From NCBI RefSeq assembly GCF_009914755.1, contig NC_060926.1: 64,000 bases of DNA. The stretch is one strand, 5' to 3'. Position 1 is the stretch's first letter. Each line of letters opens with the position of its first letter. Positions 60,716 through 64,000 of the stretch are shown one piece after another. The notes below the pieces were generated by a model, which saw nothing but the letters and a program-made list of their open reading frames with translations, searched no databases and was not told the DNA's origin. The position numbers and the translations under genes are program-made. Source of the DNA: the human T2T-CHM13v2.0 reference genome, Homo sapiens.

Positions 60716-62669
60716 CTGTGAGAAGAAGGTTAGGTACTGAATTTTAGAAATGCAGCATGATGAAAGAGTTTAGTCAACTGTGTTTTAAAATGTTTAAAGT
60801 CATATACCTGTAAGTAGAAATTAGTTACATATTTGAAAGTACATGCTATATACTCAACGTTAAGCAATATATTTGAATCACAGTACTAAGATTAAATGTC
60901 ATTCAACAGAGACTTAAAAACAATCAATTAAACAGTTACATAATTCTACTCTACTATTTAAAAATTGAATTTAAATACTATAATGTGCTAATGCAATGTT
61001 TTGCATTCTATTTTTCCTTAAATGCAAGCAACATTTAAATATAAGTGATTCTCAGTATAGGGGGTGAGGTGGCAGTAAGAGTATGCAGCTTTAAAAAGCA
61101 TATTCTAAAATTAGCATTTCTTGATTGACTTATTTTTATTTAATTAATTTTGACATTTTAAACAGCATTGCAAAAAAGTGAAGTTTCCAAATTTATCAAA
61201 ATATAAAGAATAAGACACATTGATTTGAATATGTCAGACAAATATTTCATTGTTTTTAGGCACGTAAACAAATCCAATGAAGATGGAAAGATTTTTCAAA
61301 TTCTTTGGAAACAACCTGAAAAAAACAAATGGTCTAAGTGCAATTCTACAGAAGAGTGCTTTTAAAAAAATCTATGCATAAAATATAGAATCAAATGCCA
61401 ATTTTACGAAACAGCATAACTGTAACTAATCCCTAAATCTTTCAAAGTCAAATGCATTTTTAAAAGATTATTATATTTTCTAAAGTGTAGTAATAAGCAG
61501 AAGGTAAATCTAAAACTTTGATTAAAAATCTAAAGAGAGAAAGTCTTGATAACAGTGTAATTAAAACCACCGCATAGTAAAAGGACATTAAATATTTAAT
61601 TTGGGAACTGCAAGTATTGAAACAACTTTTTATCAGGTCAACAAAATGACTACATTTCATAATAATAAGCATATTTAAGTATCTCCAAAGATAATGACTT
61701 TGTAAACTGAACACTGAATAGATGAATGGGTGGATAGATGAATGAATGAGTGAATCAGGTGAACAATATGAATGCTTGTTCCTCTGCCTGAGATTTCCTT
61801 CTGTACCACATCTGCCCAGTGAAATTTTCTCCATACTGTAAGGTCTGGTCTAAGTGCCACCTCCTTTCATGTGAAGTCAGCCAGATACAGCCCCTTACTC
61901 AATGCATCCTCAATGGACTAGTTTAGTGTCCTGTTACGGATTGTGCTTTGCTTTGTTCTGTGTTATAATTTTTTGTATATTTACCTAAGGTGCAAGCTAT
62001 TAGAGTGTATACTTTTTGTTGTCAATGATCAATCACCCTTTACCTTTGAAGTACATGAAGTTTTTAGTGTGGTTTTTGGGGGACTCAATATTTATAGGGG
62101 GCCAAAAATATTTCATGAGTGTAATTTAGGAGAGAAAAACTCTATGCCTATTATAATTCTGGGCAGAGAGTCATAGAAAATTTTAATGTGTTCTCTACTA
62201 TGCACAAATAAAAGAAATGAATAAAATATCTGTGTTCAGTAACATAATATTTATGTAATTAAGAAATAAGATTATACAGGTAGAATAAAGTTTATATTTT
62301 ACTTATGCCTTTGTATTATGTTGAGCCACATGAAATTTCTAGTTTTTGCAGATTAAAAATGGTTGGATATTTAGTTTTTTATTATTTAACTTAAAATATT
62401 CTTATTTTCATATATATTTTCTAATTCAATAAGTAAAAATTAACTTTTGTTTTTTGGTAATTTTATACAATATGTTTCAAAGTATAACATTACAATTGAT
62501 GCATATTATTCCAAATTATGCCTAGTAACTGCATCTCTTAAAATAGAAAATTACCATCCTTCAATTCTTTTGACATTTTCATAAAGGAATAATAATAATT
62601 AGTAGCAGTAGTAATATTGGAGAAGCATGCCTGACCTTGTTAATACCTTCCAAGGTATCTTACCAAGAG

Positions 62670-63110
62670 AATCCAGATTTTATTCAGAGTAGCAATATGC
62701 CCAGATAAATGTCCTGCCTCAGCCAGGCTACCTTGTTGTTAGGGGTGGCCATGTCACACTGTTCTTGCCAATAAGACATAAGCCAAAGTTGGATAAGGAT
62801 CTCTGGGAAAGTTTTGCCCTTCCTCAGGCAAGTGGGATAGTCATTACTTCTGCTTCGTTCTATTTCTTTCTCTACCTGGGTATTGGATATAAAGCTGTAG
62901 GTGGAACAGTCACCTCTAATCATAGGCATTAATATAGAAGAAAAAACACATGTGAAGACTGGCAGAAGGGAGAAGAGATGGAGCCTAGGACATGGAGGCC
63001 ACGTGGACTGCTGATCTGTGGATGTTTTAAAATATGAAAACAGAATGTTCTATCCAGTTATGCCAATGTAGTTAAGTCTCTGTTGCATGCAGTTAAACAG
63101 AGTCCTGACT
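62670..63110 (+). mobile_element. Old MLT1-type LTR
   Basis: gttaggggtggccatgtcacactgttcttgccaataaga motif. Confidence 0.65.
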
Positions 63111-63299
63111 CAGAAATAGCCAAAAATAACAAAACACACACACAAAAAAATAGGGATTACCCATGTACCCTTAAGTAAAATAGGTTTATTCAAATAGTTA
63201 AGATCTTAACATGTGTACCTTGGTGTGGCAGTAAGTGTACTCCCTAGCCCCTAATATAGCCTTAATGTGAAAGATAATATAATAATAAATCAATTCTAC

Positions 63300-63680
63300 T
63301 TAATACATTGTCCTGAGAGAACACAAAGGTTCAAAGAGAGCAAAGTGATGTGTAGAAAAAATTATGCCAAATTGATTTAATACTTTTCTGTAATAACATA
63401 ATAAGTCATGACAAAGGAGATGCTTTAAAGGCAATGATCTGGACTTTAGTGATATTTCTGAGTCACTTGCCAATTTCATCAACAAGCCAGGGAGAGCTGG
63501 ATAAGTCTTAGTAGCACTAAGAACCTCATAGTTACCTCAGCAAGGTTTTCACCTAGAGAAGAATGAATGTATCAGGCAGAAGCTACAAGAACTTGAATTT
63601 GGTCTAGATGAGTTTGTCATATTTATCAATAATTTGCATGAAAAAATAGACACATTAATATATGCAAAAATAAATATACA
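63300..63680 (+). mobile_element. CR1/L3 LINE relic
   Basis: tttgtcatatttatcaataatttg resembles the CR1 RT 'LFNIFINDL' motif; heavily degraded. Confidence 0.45.
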
Positions 63681-64000
63681 GATACACATGAAATACCATA
63701 ATGTATAAAATATGCATTTAATACTGAATAAATGGAAAGGAAAGGGTTATGTAGTCTTGAGAAAGAAATATATTCTAGAAGTAAAATCAGTTTTACTTTT
63801 CAATAAAGAAGGGAATAAGATAGTTTTGAAGAAACAAATTTAAACACCTAAAATATAAAAATCACACATTATTACCAAGGTAGACTATAACCTAATCAGT
63901 CAGCATTAAGGTGGATTAGAAGCACAATATCAGAATCCCAATGAATCAGCAAATGTACAATACCATTACAACAGAAAATTTCACCCTGAATTACACCATT

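Noticed and set aside
53311-64000. SCN9A exon 17 within the window
   Set aside because: No DII-S6 or loop coding sequence found; the intron extends past the window end.

Overview
Human genomic DNA covering the 3' part of SCN9A (voltage-gated sodium channel Nav1.7) on the minus strand. Ten coding exons (18-27 in the 27-exon numbering) can be read with their splice junctions and join into one 871-codon frame plus TAG: end of the DII-DIII loop, domain III, the IFM inactivation linker, domain IV and the C-terminus ending ...KDSKESKK. The rest is intronic and repeat-rich: a ~15-kb nest of L1 elements, many Alus (three of young human-specific type), solo LTRs, DNA-transposon MITEs, L2/MIR/CR1 relics and AT-rich simple repeats. 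I see no wholly new gene system. The most interesting signals concern splicing regulation: a candidate stop-containing poison exon at ~60.7 kb with nearby RBFOX motifs, a 22-kb AT-AC intron with U2-type signals just upstream of the IFM exon, plus-strand exon-like units compatible with the known antisense transcript, and a U1-like hairpin beside exon 18. There is also an orphan retroposed 3'-end fragment and an unexplained insertion flanked by a 137-bp duplication. Repeat subfamily names and boundaries are by eye and approximate.
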